A stretch of DNA of 64,000 bases from Flavobacteriales bacterium (GCA_021741155.1 JAIOYP010000003.1:74295-138294), one strand, 5' to 3'. Shown: positions 29,018 to 39,029, counted from the first letter of the stretch. The notes: a model not told the origin generated them from the letters alone. Program-made: numbers and translations.

Positions 29018-29614
29018 TTACTTTTTCCCCGTCCTATTCTGATTGCTCCACGTGCGGCCAATGCTGACTCCAGCGTGAGGAAGGAAATAAGGCTTATCAT
29101 CAAACACATCCAATCCAATGATTGGCGTGAAGGTCACCCTCAGGAAGAAGGATTCTCCGTATTCATTCGGCTTGGCATGAAACCGCCAACCCACAGATGG
29201 CGCAAGAAATATCCTCGTTGGTGGATTGGTGAGGTAAAAGCCTTCGCCAAATCCCACACCTGGACTAAAATCCATACGGAACAGTGCAGCTAGACCAACT
29301 TCTGCGCGATGCTTCTTTTCTCCGAAGGTTACATTGGCTCCGACCGGAAAATGAAGTAATGTATTTGCTCTGCCAAACGGAATGTATTCAATTCCTGCCC
29401 GTGCAAACAGCGCCACCTTCTTTCTGGAGAATAGGAGGCGTTCGTAGTTAACGGTATAGAAATAGCCTGTTCCACCCAGCTCTACATAAAGAACATGCGG
29501 ATTGGTGCCTTTGGAAGCGCCAACAGCTAAGTTCTGTGCCATGGCAGAACCGGATAAGAAGCAAAACGCAAGAAGAACAGGGAAGAACCGCAGCACACTA
29601 GCTAGCTGCAGCAT
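29018..29614 (-). CDS. Putative outer-membrane beta-barrel protein (hypothetical)
   Basis: Signal peptide MLQLASVLRFFPVLLAFCFLSGSAMAQ. Glycine- and aromatic-rich alternating pattern. The start overlaps the last 17 nt of dxs. Confidence 0.45.
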   Translation of the reverse strand: MLQLASVLRFFPVLLAFCFLSGSAMAQNLAVGASKGTNPHVLYVELGGTGYFYTVNYERLLFSRKKVALFARAGIEYIPFGRANTLLHFPVGANVTFGEKKHRAEVGLAALFRMDFSPGVGFGEGFYLTNPPTRIFLAPSVGWRFHAKPNEYGESFFLRVTFTPIIGLDVFDDKPYFLPHAGVSIGRTWSNQNRTGKK

Positions 29615-31535
29615 TCTCTCTGATTCCCACAAGTTTGATGGCCGCTTCGACAATATCATCTTTGTAATATCCGCATTCTAAGTGCAATTCTTTCTGCGAT
29701 CCGTGATCTACAAAACGGTCGGGAATTCCTAACCGTTGCACTTGGGCAAAGTAACCATTATCCGACATGAATTCAATGATGGCACTTCCGAAACCTCCGG
29801 TAAGACATCCATCTTCAATTGTTATTACTTTCTTGAATTTCTTGAAAATAGAATGCAGCAACTGCTCATCTAACGGCTTCGCAAAACGCATATCGTAATG
29901 CGCTGCCGAAATTCCTTTGACCTCTAACTCTTTGGTGGCATCAACGGCATAATTCCCAACATGTCCAAGGCTGAGGATAGCTACATCATCACCATCGTTT
30001 ACTTTGCGGCCTTTGCCAATTTCAATCTCTGCAAATGGTGTTTTCCACTCTTGCATAACGCCATTGCCACGTGGGTAGCGAATAGACCAAACGCCTTTGT
30101 TTTCGAGCTGAGCGGTGTACATCATATTTCGCAATTCCTCCTCATTCATTGGAGAAGCAACTTTGATGTTTGGAATGCAGCGCATAAAAGCAATGTCGTA
30201 AGCGCCATGATGGGTAGCGCCATCGGCACCAACTAGGCCGCCTCTATCAAGACAAAACACTACGTTTAAATCTTGCAGTGCTACATCATGGATAACTTGA
30301 TCGTAAGCGCGCTGCATAAACGATGAATAGATATTGCAGAAAGGAACTAAACCTTGCGTGGCCATTCCGGCCGAGAAGGTTACGGCATGCTGCTCGGCAA
30401 TTCCTACATCAAACGCCCTTTTGGGCATGGCTTTCATCATGATATTGAGCGAACAGCCCGATGGCATGGCTGGTGTAACGCCCACAACCTTGTCATTCAA
30501 CTCAGCCAATTCAACCATTGTGTGTCCGAACACATCCTGATACTTAGCTGGTTCTGGTTCGGTAGGTTTTACAACCTTAATTTCTCCCGTGTCTTTATTG
30601 AAAAGGCCGGGTGCGTGCCATTTGGTAGTATCCCCTTCTTCGGCTGGGCCGTAGCCTTTACCTTTTACGGTAAGGCAATGCAGAATCTTTGGTCCAGGAA
30701 TGTCTTTCAGGTCGTTCATCACCTTAACCATGTGATTCACATCATGGCCATCAATAGGTCCGAAATAGCGGAAATTCAATGACTCGAAAAGATTGCTCTG
30801 CTTCAGTAGCGTTCCCTTAATTCCGCTTTCAATTTTAGAAGCAATTTCTTGGGCATTAGGGCCAAACTTGCTCACCATTCCGAGCAAATTCCAAACCTCA
30901 TCCCTTACCTTATTGTAGGTATGAGAAGTGGTAATATCTGTTAAGTATTCTTTGAGTGCGCCCACGTTTGGGTCAATACTCATGCAGTTATCGTTGAGAA
31001 CAACCAACAGATTGGTATTCTCTACTCCTGCATGGTTGAGGCCTTCAAATGCCATTCCACCCGTCATGGCACCATCGCCAATTACTGCAATGTGTTGTTT
31101 TTTCTTATCTCCTTTATGCCGAGAACCAACAGCCATTCCTAGTGCAGCAGAAATAGACGTGCTAGAGTGTCCTACACCAAACGTGTCGTACTCGCTTTCT
31201 TTTCTTTTAGGAAAACCGCTTAGACCTTTATACTTTCTGTTTGTATGGAAATTGTCTCTACGGCCAGTGATAATTTTGTGTCCGTATGCTTGATGACCAA
31301 CGTCCCACACCAACTGATCATTGGGTGTATTGAAAACGTAGTGAATGGCAGCGGTCATTTCCACCACTCCCAGGCTGGCTCCAAAGTGACCTCCATTGAC
31401 AGAAACCACATCAATGATGTATTGACGCAACTCGTTGCAAAACTGCTCTAGCTGTTCTTCTTTCAGCTTTCTGAGATCAGCAGGAACATTGACTCTTGCC
31501 AACAATTCGCCAGGAACGTATTTCTTATCTTCCAT
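29598..31535 (-). CDS. dxs: 1-deoxy-D-xylulose-5-phosphate synthase
   Basis: TPP motif IGDGAMTGGMAFEGLNHAG, transketolase-like domains, about 645 aa. The first ATG is at 31535. Confidence 0.9.
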   Translation of the reverse strand: MEDKKYVPGELLARVNVPADLRKLKEEQLEQFCNELRQYIIDVVSVNGGHFGASLGVVEMTAAIHYVFNTPNDQLVWDVGHQAYGHKIITGRRDNFHTNRKYKGLSGFPKRKESEYDTFGVGHSSTSISAALGMAVGSRHKGDKKKQHIAVIGDGAMTGGMAFEGLNHAGVENTNLLVVLNDNCMSIDPNVGALKEYLTDITTSHTYNKVRDEVWNLLGMVSKFGPNAQEIASKIESGIKGTLLKQSNLFESLNFRYFGPIDGHDVNHMVKVMNDLKDIPGPKILHCLTVKGKGYGPAEEGDTTKWHAPGLFNKDTGEIKVVKPTEPEPAKYQDVFGHTMVELAELNDKVVGVTPAMPSGCSLNIMMKAMPKRAFDVGIAEQHAVTFSAGMATQGLVPFCNIYSSFMQRAYDQVIHDVALQDLNVVFCLDRGGLVGADGATHHGAYDIAFMRCIPNIKVASPMNEEELRNMMYTAQLENKGVWSIRYPRGNGVMQEWKTPFAEIEIGKGRKVNDGDDVAILSLGHVGNYAVDATKELEVKGISAAHYDMRFAKPLDEQLLHSIFKKFKKVITIEDGCLTGGFGSAIIEFMSDNGYFAQVQRLGIPDRFVDHGSQKELHLECGYYKDDIVEAAIKLVGIRENAAAS

Positions 31536-31559
31536 TAAGGCAGTTAAAAAGACAAGGGG

Positions 31560-31567
31560 CAAAGATA
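31560..31567 (-). promoter_or_regulatory. Candidate -7 box (TATCTTTG on the minus strand) upstream of dxs
   Basis: The plus-strand sequence is CAAAGATA. It lies 24 nt upstream of the dxs start. Confidence 0.25.
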
Positions 31568-31640
31568 GCCAATTAGACAAAGTCGGAATCCCAACTAATT
31601 ATAACAGTTGAGTTAGCGCGTTTGTTGGCTAAAAATGAAC

Positions 31641-32327
31641 CTAACCAACCGCAATTACAGCTATGTAAAGTTTAGCTGCTCCGGCCTCTAAAAGGCGATT
31701 ACCTGCCGCTTCTAAAGTGGCTCCGGTGGTAACTACATCGTCTACTAAGAGCACGTTTTTACCACGAATGGCATCCACATCACTTATTCGAAATACTTCT
31801 TCCACATTCTCTGACCTATCAAATCTAGATTTCCTGGTCTGACTATCGGTTGCCACCATCCTTATCATGGCATGGCTACGTGCCGGAACATCATAAACCT
31901 CACTTATTCCTTCGGCAAAATAATCGCTCTGATTGTACCCCCGCCTTAATTGCTTTGATGGATGTAGCGGAATAGGAACAATAACATCTACATCTATAAA
32001 CCACTGATTGTCCCTTAGAATGATGGCAAATTGACGTCCAAGCTCGTGACCAATTCCCGTTTTGCTTTTGTATTTAAAGCGGTGCATGAGTTGCTGCACA
32101 GTAGAATCCTTCCCAAAATGAAGAAAACCACAGGCGGCATCTACTTTTATTTTCCCCCAAAAAAGTTGCTCGATAGGATTTTCTTTGTAATCCCAATAGT
32201 ATGTTTTTGGAAGGCGTTGGAGACAGTTTATGCACACATTCTGTTCGTGTTTCCTAAGGTGCGCATCGCATCCACCACATATTCTGGGATAGAATAATCC
32301 AATCACATCGTTTATATTAGAAATCAC
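31641..32327 (-). CDS. ComF-family phosphoribosyltransferase-domain protein
   Basis: N-terminal zinc finger (CGGC...CINC). C-terminal PRTase loop VLLVDDVVTTGATL. GTG start. Confidence 0.65.
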   Translation of the reverse strand: MISNINDVIGLFYPRICGGCDAHLRKHEQNVCINCLQRLPKTYYWDYKENPIEQLFWGKIKVDAACGFLHFGKDSTVQQLMHRFKYKSKTGIGHELGRQFAIILRDNQWFIDVDVIVPIPLHPSKQLRRGYNQSDYFAEGISEVYDVPARSHAMIRMVATDSQTRKSRFDRSENVEEVFRISDVDAIRGKNVLLVDDVVTTGATLEAAGNRLLEAGAAKLYIAVIAVG

Positions 32328-32447
32328 CTAGAAAGATATATGTTGCAAAGCATCAAACCCTTGTTGCCATTGAGTTTGAAGTTACTCTTATTTTATACTT
32401 TTGCCACACTACCAATCAACCAAAATCTCTAAACGTATTAATCCATT

Positions 32448-33347
32448 ATGGAAGAAAAAGAAAAGACACAGAGCAACAGAGTGTTTCTCATACTTGCTGT
32501 CATTCTGCTTGTATTATCTGGCATTTTAGGCTGGCAACTATTTGAGCAAAAAGAAGCTAACGACCAGCTTGCTGCTGAAAAGCAACAGTTGACGGTAGAA
32601 AAAAATGAGTTAGCTGCCGAACTTGACGAACTTCTAGGAAAATACAACGGACTTGAAGAAGAAAACGGGCAACTTTCGGAAGAACTTGAGGCACAGCGTC
32701 AAGAAATTCTTGCTTTGAAAGCCGATGTTGAAAAATACAAAGGCGATGCAGGTAAATTGGCTTGGTACAGAAGCCAGTTAAAAGCAATGAATGATAAGTA
32801 TGCAAGTATGGAGGCCAAATTTGACAGTCTTGCTACGGTTCATACCACGCTTCAAGGAGAATACGGAAACCTAGAAGGCGAATACACCAAGCAAACGGGC
32901 CTAAACCAAGAGCTTACAAGCGAAAACATGAACCTAGCCAATAAAGTGGCAATGGGTTCTGTGCTTACGGCTTACAAGATTACGGTTGAAGGTGTAAGAG
33001 GAAAGAAAGAAAAGGTGAACAACAAGGCTAACAAGATTGAGAAGCTTCGTACTTGTTTCACGCTTAGCGAGAATCCTATTGCTAAGCCTGGTACCAAGAA
33101 CATTTATGTACGAATTATTGGACCAGATGGTAAGGTTTTGACCAAAGGACGTGGCGAGGAGTTTGCATTTGAAGGTGGGTCTATGACTTACACCCTATCT
33201 AAAGAGGTACAGTATGCCAACAAGCAGATTGAAGATATTTGCATGTACTACCCTGCTCCTACCGAAGGTTTCCAAGAAGGAAAAAACACTATTGAGATTT
33301 ACGTTGACCAGACGCTCATCGGAACTTCTTCGATTGATTTGAGATAA
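32448..33347 (+). CDS. Membrane-anchored coiled-coil protein (hypothetical)
   Basis: N-terminal TM segment, a long heptad-like Q/E/L-rich segment, and a C-terminal globular domain. Confidence 0.5.
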   Translation: MEEKEKTQSNRVFLILAVILLVLSGILGWQLFEQKEANDQLAAEKQQLTVEKNELAAELDELLGKYNGLEEENGQLSEELEAQRQEILALKADVEKYKGDAGKLAWYRSQLKAMNDKYASMEAKFDSLATVHTTLQGEYGNLEGEYTKQTGLNQELTSENMNLANKVAMGSVLTAYKITVEGVRGKKEKVNNKANKIEKLRTCFTLSENPIAKPGTKNIYVRIIGPDGKVLTKGRGEEFAFEGGSMTYTLSKEVQYANKQIEDICMYYPAPTEGFQEGKNTIEIYVDQTLIGTSSIDLR

Positions 33348-33375
33348 AATATTCCCGAATGAAGGGATAAGGAAA

Positions 33376-33409
33376 AGCCCATCTGCTTGAAGCAGATGGG
33401 CTTTTTCTG
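33376..33409 (+). terminator. Rho-independent terminator
   Basis: AAAAGCCCATCTGCTT-GA-AAGCAGATGGGCTTTTTCT: a perfect 12-bp stem plus a T-run. Confidence 0.75.
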
Positions 33410-33708
33410 TAAAAACCTAATTCCATTGAGGCGTTTTTTCCTGTGAATCGGCTTTAGCGATGGCGCAAGTTTATCAACTTGTGCCGCAGGTTTTTGGTCG
33501 GAAATTGGGAAAATTTCGGATCGGAAACCTTGCCGAGGAGGACAGACTTCGAAATTCTGTGATCTAGAAAGAACACGTTACGGCTCCCGAGGGAGTTGCA
33601 GCAGATTTTTTGTGCAGAATCAAGTACGGTCTGTTTTCCGCGTTGGGCAGTTAGACCGCTTTGCTAAATTTCGAACTGATCTTTCTAACTTTCATGCTCG
33701 GAAAGTCC

Positions 33709-34263
33709 ATGAGCACACAATACAAGTTCCATAACCCCGAAGGCCTGTACTTCATAAGCTTTGCCACGGTGGGTTGGGTGGATGTTTTTACCCGTGTGCA
33801 ATACAAGGAGATCTTCGTGGAGAGTGTGCGGCATTGTCAGCAAAATAAAGGGCTTGAGCTGTTCGGCTGGTGCCTGATGACCAACCACGCACACCTGCTT
33901 GCACGGGCTAAGGAAGGCCACAAGCTGAACGACATTATTCGCGACCTGAAGAAGTACACCTCGCGTCAGCTTATTAGGGCCATTGAGCAGCATCCGCAGG
34001 AAAGTAGAAAGGAATGGCTTCTGAGCATGTTCGGTAACGCAGGAGCATACAACCCGAACAATACCAAGAATCAGTTCTGGCGGCAGGACAATCACCCCGT
34101 AGAATGCTTCACGGCAGAGGTTACTCAACAGAAGTTGGACTACATACACAACAATCCCGTGGAACAGGGCATTGTGCAATTTCCTGAACAGTATATTTAC
34201 AGTAGCGCAGTGAACTATGCAGATGGCATGGGTCTGCTGGATGTTGAACGGATTGGATATTGA
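33709..34263 (+). CDS. IS200-like / REP-associated tyrosine (Y1, HUH) transposase
   Basis: YKFHNPEGLYFISFATVGWVDVFTR, HUH motif LMTNHAHLLA, and a catalytic-Tyr helix LKKYTSRQL. About 185 aa. Confidence 0.7.
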   Translation: MSTQYKFHNPEGLYFISFATVGWVDVFTRVQYKEIFVESVRHCQQNKGLELFGWCLMTNHAHLLARAKEGHKLNDIIRDLKKYTSRQLIRAIEQHPQESRKEWLLSMFGNAGAYNPNNTKNQFWRQDNHPVECFTAEVTQQKLDYIHNNPVEQGIVQFPEQYIYSSAVNYADGMGLLDVERIGY

Positions 34264-34305
34264 AGCAATGGGAATGGAATGCTTATATAGGAAGGATGCT
34301 ACGGA

Positions 34306-34424
34306 GATCAGTCGGGAGACTGATCGTACCAAGTTCCACACAAGACGTCCTGCGGAAGTCTTGCGCGAGCGGGGGGACGGAAAGAACAGAACAACATAAG
34401 AGCAGCGGAACTGAAGAGGCTGCT
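34306..34424. repeat. Three stem-loops downstream of the transposase gene
   Basis: GATCAGTC-GGGA-GACTGATC. CAAGAC-N11-GTCTTG. AGCAGC-N12-GCTGCT. These are possible IS200 right-end or REP-like structures. Confidence 0.4.
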
Positions 34425-34440
34425 ATTAAAAAAACACTTC

Positions 34441-34758
34441 TCAGTTCGAAAACCTTCCTTTGAACCACGCCACTATCTGCTTCCCGTAAAAAGCGTAGAT
34501 GAATATCCCTGCCATGATGTAGGGTATGAGCATGAGGTAAATAATGCCGTTGTTTAATCCATTGCCCACTGTAAAAGCATCATCACTCAATTGGTTAGAG
34601 TTGGTGGTGGCGCGGCACATAGAGCATTGCGCATCGGCAAGTTCTGGGACGAAGAGAAGAACAAGCAGGATGGCAAGAAGAAAAATGCCATTTCGACCTC
34701 CCCTAGCCCCTCCTTGCCAGGAGGGGAACTTGCGGCTAACGTGCTTTGTACTTTTCAT
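34441..34758 (-). CDS. Small membrane protein (hypothetical) co-transcribed with the oxidase accessory genes
   Basis: 105 aa. Hydrophobic segment, then a CSMC motif, then a C-terminal TM segment. The start ATG overlaps the upstream stop (TGATG). Confidence 0.4.
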   Translation of the reverse strand: MKSTKHVSRKFPSWQGGARGGRNGIFLLAILLVLLFVPELADAQCSMCRATTNSNQLSDDAFTVGNGLNNGIIYLMLIPYIMAGIFIYAFYGKQIVAWFKGRFSN

Positions 34759-35282
34759 CAGAATTCGTAATACGGTGATATCATTAAGTAAACCACTACA
34801 CCTGTAACTGTTACATACAACCAAACAGGGAATGTGAATTTAGAGACTTTTCTGTGACGCTCTATTTTGCCTGTAAGCCCGAAGTAGAACGAAATAAGCA
34901 CCAAGGGAAGCACAATGGCTGCCAAAAAGATGTGGGTGAGTAGAATGAACAGATAAACAGGTCGGATAGGGCTATCGGCAGGAAACTTGGTTTCCACACC
35001 AAATGAATGGAAAACGATGTAGGAAACCAGAAACAAACTGGACAACAGGAAGGTGGTGATGTTCAATCGCTTGTGCCATTGAATCTTCTTGTTCTTTATG
35101 CACCACAGCGAAGTAACGAGCAATGCCGAACAGGTACCGTTGATGATGGCATTTATCAATGGAAGCAGTTTCGCCCATTCGGGGATGTTGTCTTGCTTAG
35201 GTAGCGAGTAAAGCACCGTAACCACTCCGAAAACAACTACTGAGAGTGCCATTATTATTTGAAAGACTCTTTTGTCGGTCAT
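34758..35282 (-). CDS. DUF420-family membrane protein (associated with heme-copper oxidase clusters)
   Basis: Four predicted TM helices and about 175 aa. Its position next to SCO1 and the cox genes is typical for DUF420. Confidence 0.55.
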   Translation of the reverse strand: MTDKRVFQIIMALSVVVFGVVTVLYSLPKQDNIPEWAKLLPLINAIINGTCSALLVTSLWCIKNKKIQWHKRLNITTFLLSSLFLVSYIVFHSFGVETKFPADSPIRPVYLFILLTHIFLAAIVLPLVLISFYFGLTGKIERHRKVSKFTFPVWLYVTVTGVVVYLMISPYYEF

Positions 35283-35359
35283 TTGGTTCTGCCTGCTAGA
35301 TTTAAACACACCCCTAACCCCTACTTCGACTTTGCTCAGCACAAGTCTCAAGAGGGGAA

Positions 35360-36070
35360 TTAAGGCTTCTTGTTGTTTTTCTTTAATGCGAGTTCATACT
35401 CGGCTATCAATACTTTAATATCGTCAATAAGGTCGCGCATTTGATGGGCATCCGTGCCATCATAAACTCCTATAATATTTCCGTCATCATCCTCTCGTGA
35501 GCGGAGAATTCCTTCTTTATCAACCAATACAAAATACTCGGTATGCAGGAAGCCTCCTGGGGCTAAACTATCTTCCATTGCACTCGATAAGTACTCGAAA
35601 GCGACAGCGTAAAGCGAATCCTTTTCTCCGGTCAAAAAATGCCAATTCTTTGAGTCAATCTTTCGGTTATCGGCATATTCTTTCAGCTTTTCGGGTGTGT
35701 CTCGCACTGGGTCTACGGTATGCGAAAGAATAACGAAGTTGTCGTAGTGTGCAAACCTTTCCTGAATCTTCATCAGGTTGGCCGTCATTATTGGGCAGAT
35801 GGACGGGCAAGAAGTAAAGAAGAAATCGACTAAGTAAATCTTGCCTTCTACATCTTTGTTTGTAATAATATTCCCGTGCTGATTGGTTAGTGAGAATTGA
35901 GGCGCCTTTCGGTTCTGCACCTCCCCGTTTACATCTGTATAGGTGATAAAAGGAAGGTGAGCAAAATTTTGCTCACCTTTTCCGTATACGTAAATCAAAT
36001 AAAAGATTGTGGGAAGGAAAAGCAGTGCAAATAGGAGCAGATACTTTTTCGACCCTTTACTGTCGCTCAT
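35360..36070 (-). CDS. SCO1/SenC copper chaperone
   Basis: N-terminal TM anchor and a thioredoxin fold with the CPSICP (CxxxC) motif. The first ATG is at 36070 (MSDSKGSKKY). Confidence 0.8.
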   Translation of the reverse strand: MSDSKGSKKYLLLFALLFLPTIFYLIYVYGKGEQNFAHLPFITYTDVNGEVQNRKAPQFSLTNQHGNIITNKDVEGKIYLVDFFFTSCPSICPIMTANLMKIQERFAHYDNFVILSHTVDPVRDTPEKLKEYADNRKIDSKNWHFLTGEKDSLYAVAFEYLSSAMEDSLAPGGFLHTEYFVLVDKEGILRSREDDDGNIIGVYDGTDAHQMRDLIDDIKVLIAEYELALKKNNKKP

Positions 36071-36453
36071 CAGAAACCGAAGTAGTTTTCTATTCCGGGT
36101 CGAAATCCTCCTGTGTACAAAGCCTCCACCAAACAAATGAATATCAAATATCCAATTAGCACGAAGTATGGTGCCAAAACAATCCATTGAAAACTTTTCT
36201 TCTCATCTCCCAAGTGCATAAAAATCATGGTGATGTAACCAGCTTTTACCAGCGTAAGAATGATGAAGGTGTACTTAAGAATAGAGGCCATGGACTCATC
36301 GCGCGACCACATCATTCCCATTGCTACTTCTATTATGGTAACTACCGACAGTAATGCCAGTACGCCCATAAATTTTTTGCGCATTTTTTTGCCTTCTTCC
36401 TCACTGTGGTGAGTGTCTAGGCTGTATTCGTAAATGTCGTCTCTTGCGTCCAT
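36070..36453 (-). CDS. Cytochrome c oxidase subunit IV (prokaryotic small subunit)
   Basis: 127 aa, three TM helices, directly downstream of subunit III. Its stop overlaps the SCO1 start (TGATG). Confidence 0.55.
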   Translation of the reverse strand: MDARDDIYEYSLDTHHSEEEGKKMRKKFMGVLALLSVVTIIEVAMGMMWSRDESMASILKYTFIILTLVKAGYITMIFMHLGDEKKSFQWIVLAPYFVLIGYLIFICLVEALYTGGFRPGIENYFGF

Positions 36454-36483
36454 TGAACTGCGGTTAAAAGCGATTAGTATTTA

Positions 36484-37362
36484 TTAGAGTAGGTAGAAGA
36501 ATGTGAAAACGAAGACCCATACAAGATCTACGAAGTGCCAGTACAATCCAGACTTCTCCACCATTTCGTAGTGTCCTGTTTTTTCAAATTTGCCCTCAAC
36601 CACCATCAAAAAGATGATGAAGTTGATGCAAACTCCTGAGAATACGTGGAATCCGTGGAATCCAGTAATGAAGAAGAAGAAATCCGCGAAAAGAGGAATT
36701 CCGTATTCGTTGTGGCTCAAGTTAGCACCGTGAATGTGTGTGGCGGTTGATTTCAACACAGTTGCTTCATGCCCAGATACTTCTCTGAAACCGCTACCTT
36801 CTGTCAATTCGCCATCTCGGTTTACTGGAACAAGGAATGTTCCTTCTTCTATAACGTGAGTCTGCGGGTCTATTTTATGCTTCATCACGGTTACACCATC
36901 TTCCAAAAGATAGGCACCATGCTCTGTTCCATGAATGAAGTGATACCACTCCCAAGCCTGAGAACCTACGAAAACGGCTCCGCCAATAATAGTAAGCACC
37001 ATCCAGAACTGAACGGATTTTTTCTTCATTCTGTGCCCCGCCTCTACAGCCAAAACCATGGTTACAGAAGATGCAATAAGTACGAATGTCATGAAAGCAA
37101 CATACGCCAATTCGATATGTCCATCATAAAACGGGAAGTGAGTAAACACATCGCCAGCAGTTGGCCAAATGTCTTCGTACTTATGACGCATAAAACCATA
37201 TGCTGTAAGTAATCCTGAGAATGTGAAGGCATCCGAGATGAGGAAGAACCACATCATCATTTTTCCATAACTGATTTTGAACGGTGAAGTTCCTCCGCCC
37301 CACGGAGATGCGCTATGATCGCTGTGCGATGGAGCGGCTGTTTGACTAACGTGTCCTGACAT
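36484..37362 (-). CDS. ctaE: Cytochrome c oxidase subunit III
   Basis: Heme-copper oxidase subunit III family. Conserved FHGFHVFSGV region. Seven predicted TM helices. Confidence 0.85.
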   Translation of the reverse strand: MSGHVSQTAAPSHSDHSASPWGGGTSPFKISYGKMMMWFFLISDAFTFSGLLTAYGFMRHKYEDIWPTAGDVFTHFPFYDGHIELAYVAFMTFVLIASSVTMVLAVEAGHRMKKKSVQFWMVLTIIGGAVFVGSQAWEWYHFIHGTEHGAYLLEDGVTVMKHKIDPQTHVIEEGTFLVPVNRDGELTEGSGFREVSGHEATVLKSTATHIHGANLSHNEYGIPLFADFFFFITGFHGFHVFSGVCINFIIFLMVVEGKFEKTGHYEMVEKSGLYWHFVDLVWVFVFTFFYLL

Positions 37363-37407
37363 TATTTAGACTGATTATAAAGACCTGATTTTAAAGTCGG
37401 TGCAATT

Positions 37408-38121
37408 TTAACGAATTAATAGTAAAAACAAGAACAGGTATACCCACAGAATATCCAGAAAATGCCAATAGATGGAACCAAGTTCCACTGGAAGCACATT
37501 TGTCTGTGTAATTCGGCCCGAAAAAGTTTGAATTAATAGAACAAGTAACCAAATAATACCTCCAGCTAGGTGTAAGATATGAAGGCCAGAAAGGATGTAA
37601 AGAAAAGAAGCGCTTGCATTAAAAGTCTCTTCAATTCGCTCGTTTATTGGTTCAGACATAGAAAGATCACCGGGCTTATAAAAGTTTCCGTTTTCATACA
37701 ACAACGGTTCACCCTTTCCCATAATAATGTAATCGACTCCATATTCGCCTTTTAAATCGCCCAGGTGACCTAAAAAGAATTTTCCTTCCGATTGTAATTC
37801 TGACCAACCTAAATACTGGGCTCCAGTAAAACCAAGTCCTAAAATAAAGGTAACAACTAACCAAAGTTTGAGTCCTCCAGTGTTGCCAGCTGTAATATTT
37901 CGTTTGGCTAAATAAATGGTTCCGCTGCTAATAATAAGAAGCACTGTGCTTATCCAAAACATAAGCGGCAGCTGGTCTTTTACCCAAAAGTGATCGGCCT
38001 GAAGTACGATGTATGCACTAGTAAATGCGGCAAAAAACATGGCAATGCTTGCCACGCCTAACCAGACTATCATCTTTTTAGCCCGGACATTGCCAGATTG
38101 TTCGTGTGTTTCTTCTTTCAT
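37408..38121 (-). CDS. Cytochrome oxidase subunit III-like protein (second, shorter copy)
   Basis: C-terminal HLAGGIIWL...IYWHFLDILWVYLF resembles the subunit III C-terminus. 237 aa. Confidence 0.65.
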   Translation of the reverse strand: MKEETHEQSGNVRAKKMIVWLGVASIAMFFAAFTSAYIVLQADHFWVKDQLPLMFWISTVLLIISSGTIYLAKRNITAGNTGGLKLWLVVTFILGLGFTGAQYLGWSELQSEGKFFLGHLGDLKGEYGVDYIIMGKGEPLLYENGNFYKPGDLSMSEPINERIEETFNASASFLYILSGLHILHLAGGIIWLLVLLIQTFSGRITQTNVLPVELGSIYWHFLDILWVYLFLFLLLIR

Positions 38122-39029
38122 TATAAGAACTTATCTATAAGGTATGCGAGTTGAACAACTGGCAAATAAATGAACGAGCCGAACATTAATTTCTTGGCAT
38201 CTTCTGATGACAACGTTTTGTAAAGTTTTGCTGCTTGTAAAGCGAATGTTGTTCCGGCCACGATTGCAATTACTGCGGAAAAAATGCCAGTATACCCGAA
38301 AAACAAAGGCAACAAACTGACGGGAATCAGTCCGATTGTATAAACAAGAATTTGGAAGGCACTTGCACGGTCTCTACCACCTTCAGATGGCAACATTTTG
38401 AAGCCTGCTTTCAAATAATCGTCATTCACACGCCAAGCGATTGCCCAAAAATGTGGGAATTGCCAAATGAATTGAACCGAAAACATCAACCAAGCAAGCA
38501 ATGTGATTTCTCCGAAACCTTTAGTTGCAGCCACACAACCTAACATGGTTGGAATGGAACCCGGAAATGCACCAACAAATACCGCGAACGGTGTCTTGCG
38601 TTTCATTGGTGTGTACACCGCAGCGTAAAGAACTAGAGCAATGAATCCGAGAATTCCTGACATCGGATTAATGAAGTAGCCGAGGATGCCGATTCCGAGA
38701 ATTCCGAACGTTGAAGCAAGTACAATTGCCTCTGTCACGTTCATCTTTGATGTTGGCAACGGACGGTTTTTGGTGCGATCCATCAGCGCGTCTAAGTCGC
38801 GCTCGATAATTTCATTGAATCCGTTGGAAGCACCTGTAAGAAGTGTGCCTCCAATAACGAGAGCTGCCATTATAGACAGGTTCATTTCGGAAGCGGCTAC
38901 TCCGTAGCAAATGACTGACGAAAGGACAACCAACGAGGCTAACCGAAGTTTCAGAAATTCTGAATAGTCTTTAGCTTTTCCCATGAATGTGACGCCTGTT
39001 GAGGCTGATGTCAATTCTTTTGTGGTCAA
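38121..39029 (-). CDS. cyoE: Protoheme IX farnesyltransferase (heme O synthase)
   Basis: UbiA-family motif NGFNEIIERDLDALMDRTKNRPLP. The longest ORF starts with TTG at 39029; the first ATG is at 38984. The stop overlaps the next start (TAATG). Confidence 0.85.
   Translation of the reverse strand: MTTKELTSASTGVTFMGKAKDYSEFLKLRLASLVVLSSVICYGVAASEMNLSIMAALVIGGTLLTGASNGFNEIIERDLDALMDRTKNRPLPTSKMNVTEAIVLASTFGILGIGILGYFINPMSGILGFIALVLYAAVYTPMKRKTPFAVFVGAFPGSIPTMLGCVAATKGFGEITLLAWLMFSVQFIWQFPHFWAIAWRVNDDYLKAGFKMLPSEGGRDRASAFQILVYTIGLIPVSLLPLFFGYTGIFSAVIAIVAGTTFALQAAKLYKTLSSEDAKKLMFGSFIYLPVVQLAYLIDKFL

Larger units (their letters stand above)
33410..34440. mobile_element. IS200/RAYT-like islet: a single HUH transposase gene with GC-richer flanks carrying several hairpins
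   Basis: GC is visibly higher than in neighbouring DNA. Hairpins lie downstream of the transposase gene (34306..34325, 34341..34363, 34401..34424). AATTTCG(A/G)-type inverted motifs lie upstream. The boundaries are approximate. Confidence 0.45.

Noticed and set aside
33685-34341. 218-aa minus-strand ORF fully overlapping the IS200-like transposase
   Set aside because: The plus-strand product has clear HUH-transposase motifs. The antisense ORF is long only because of the raised GC and has no recognisable features.
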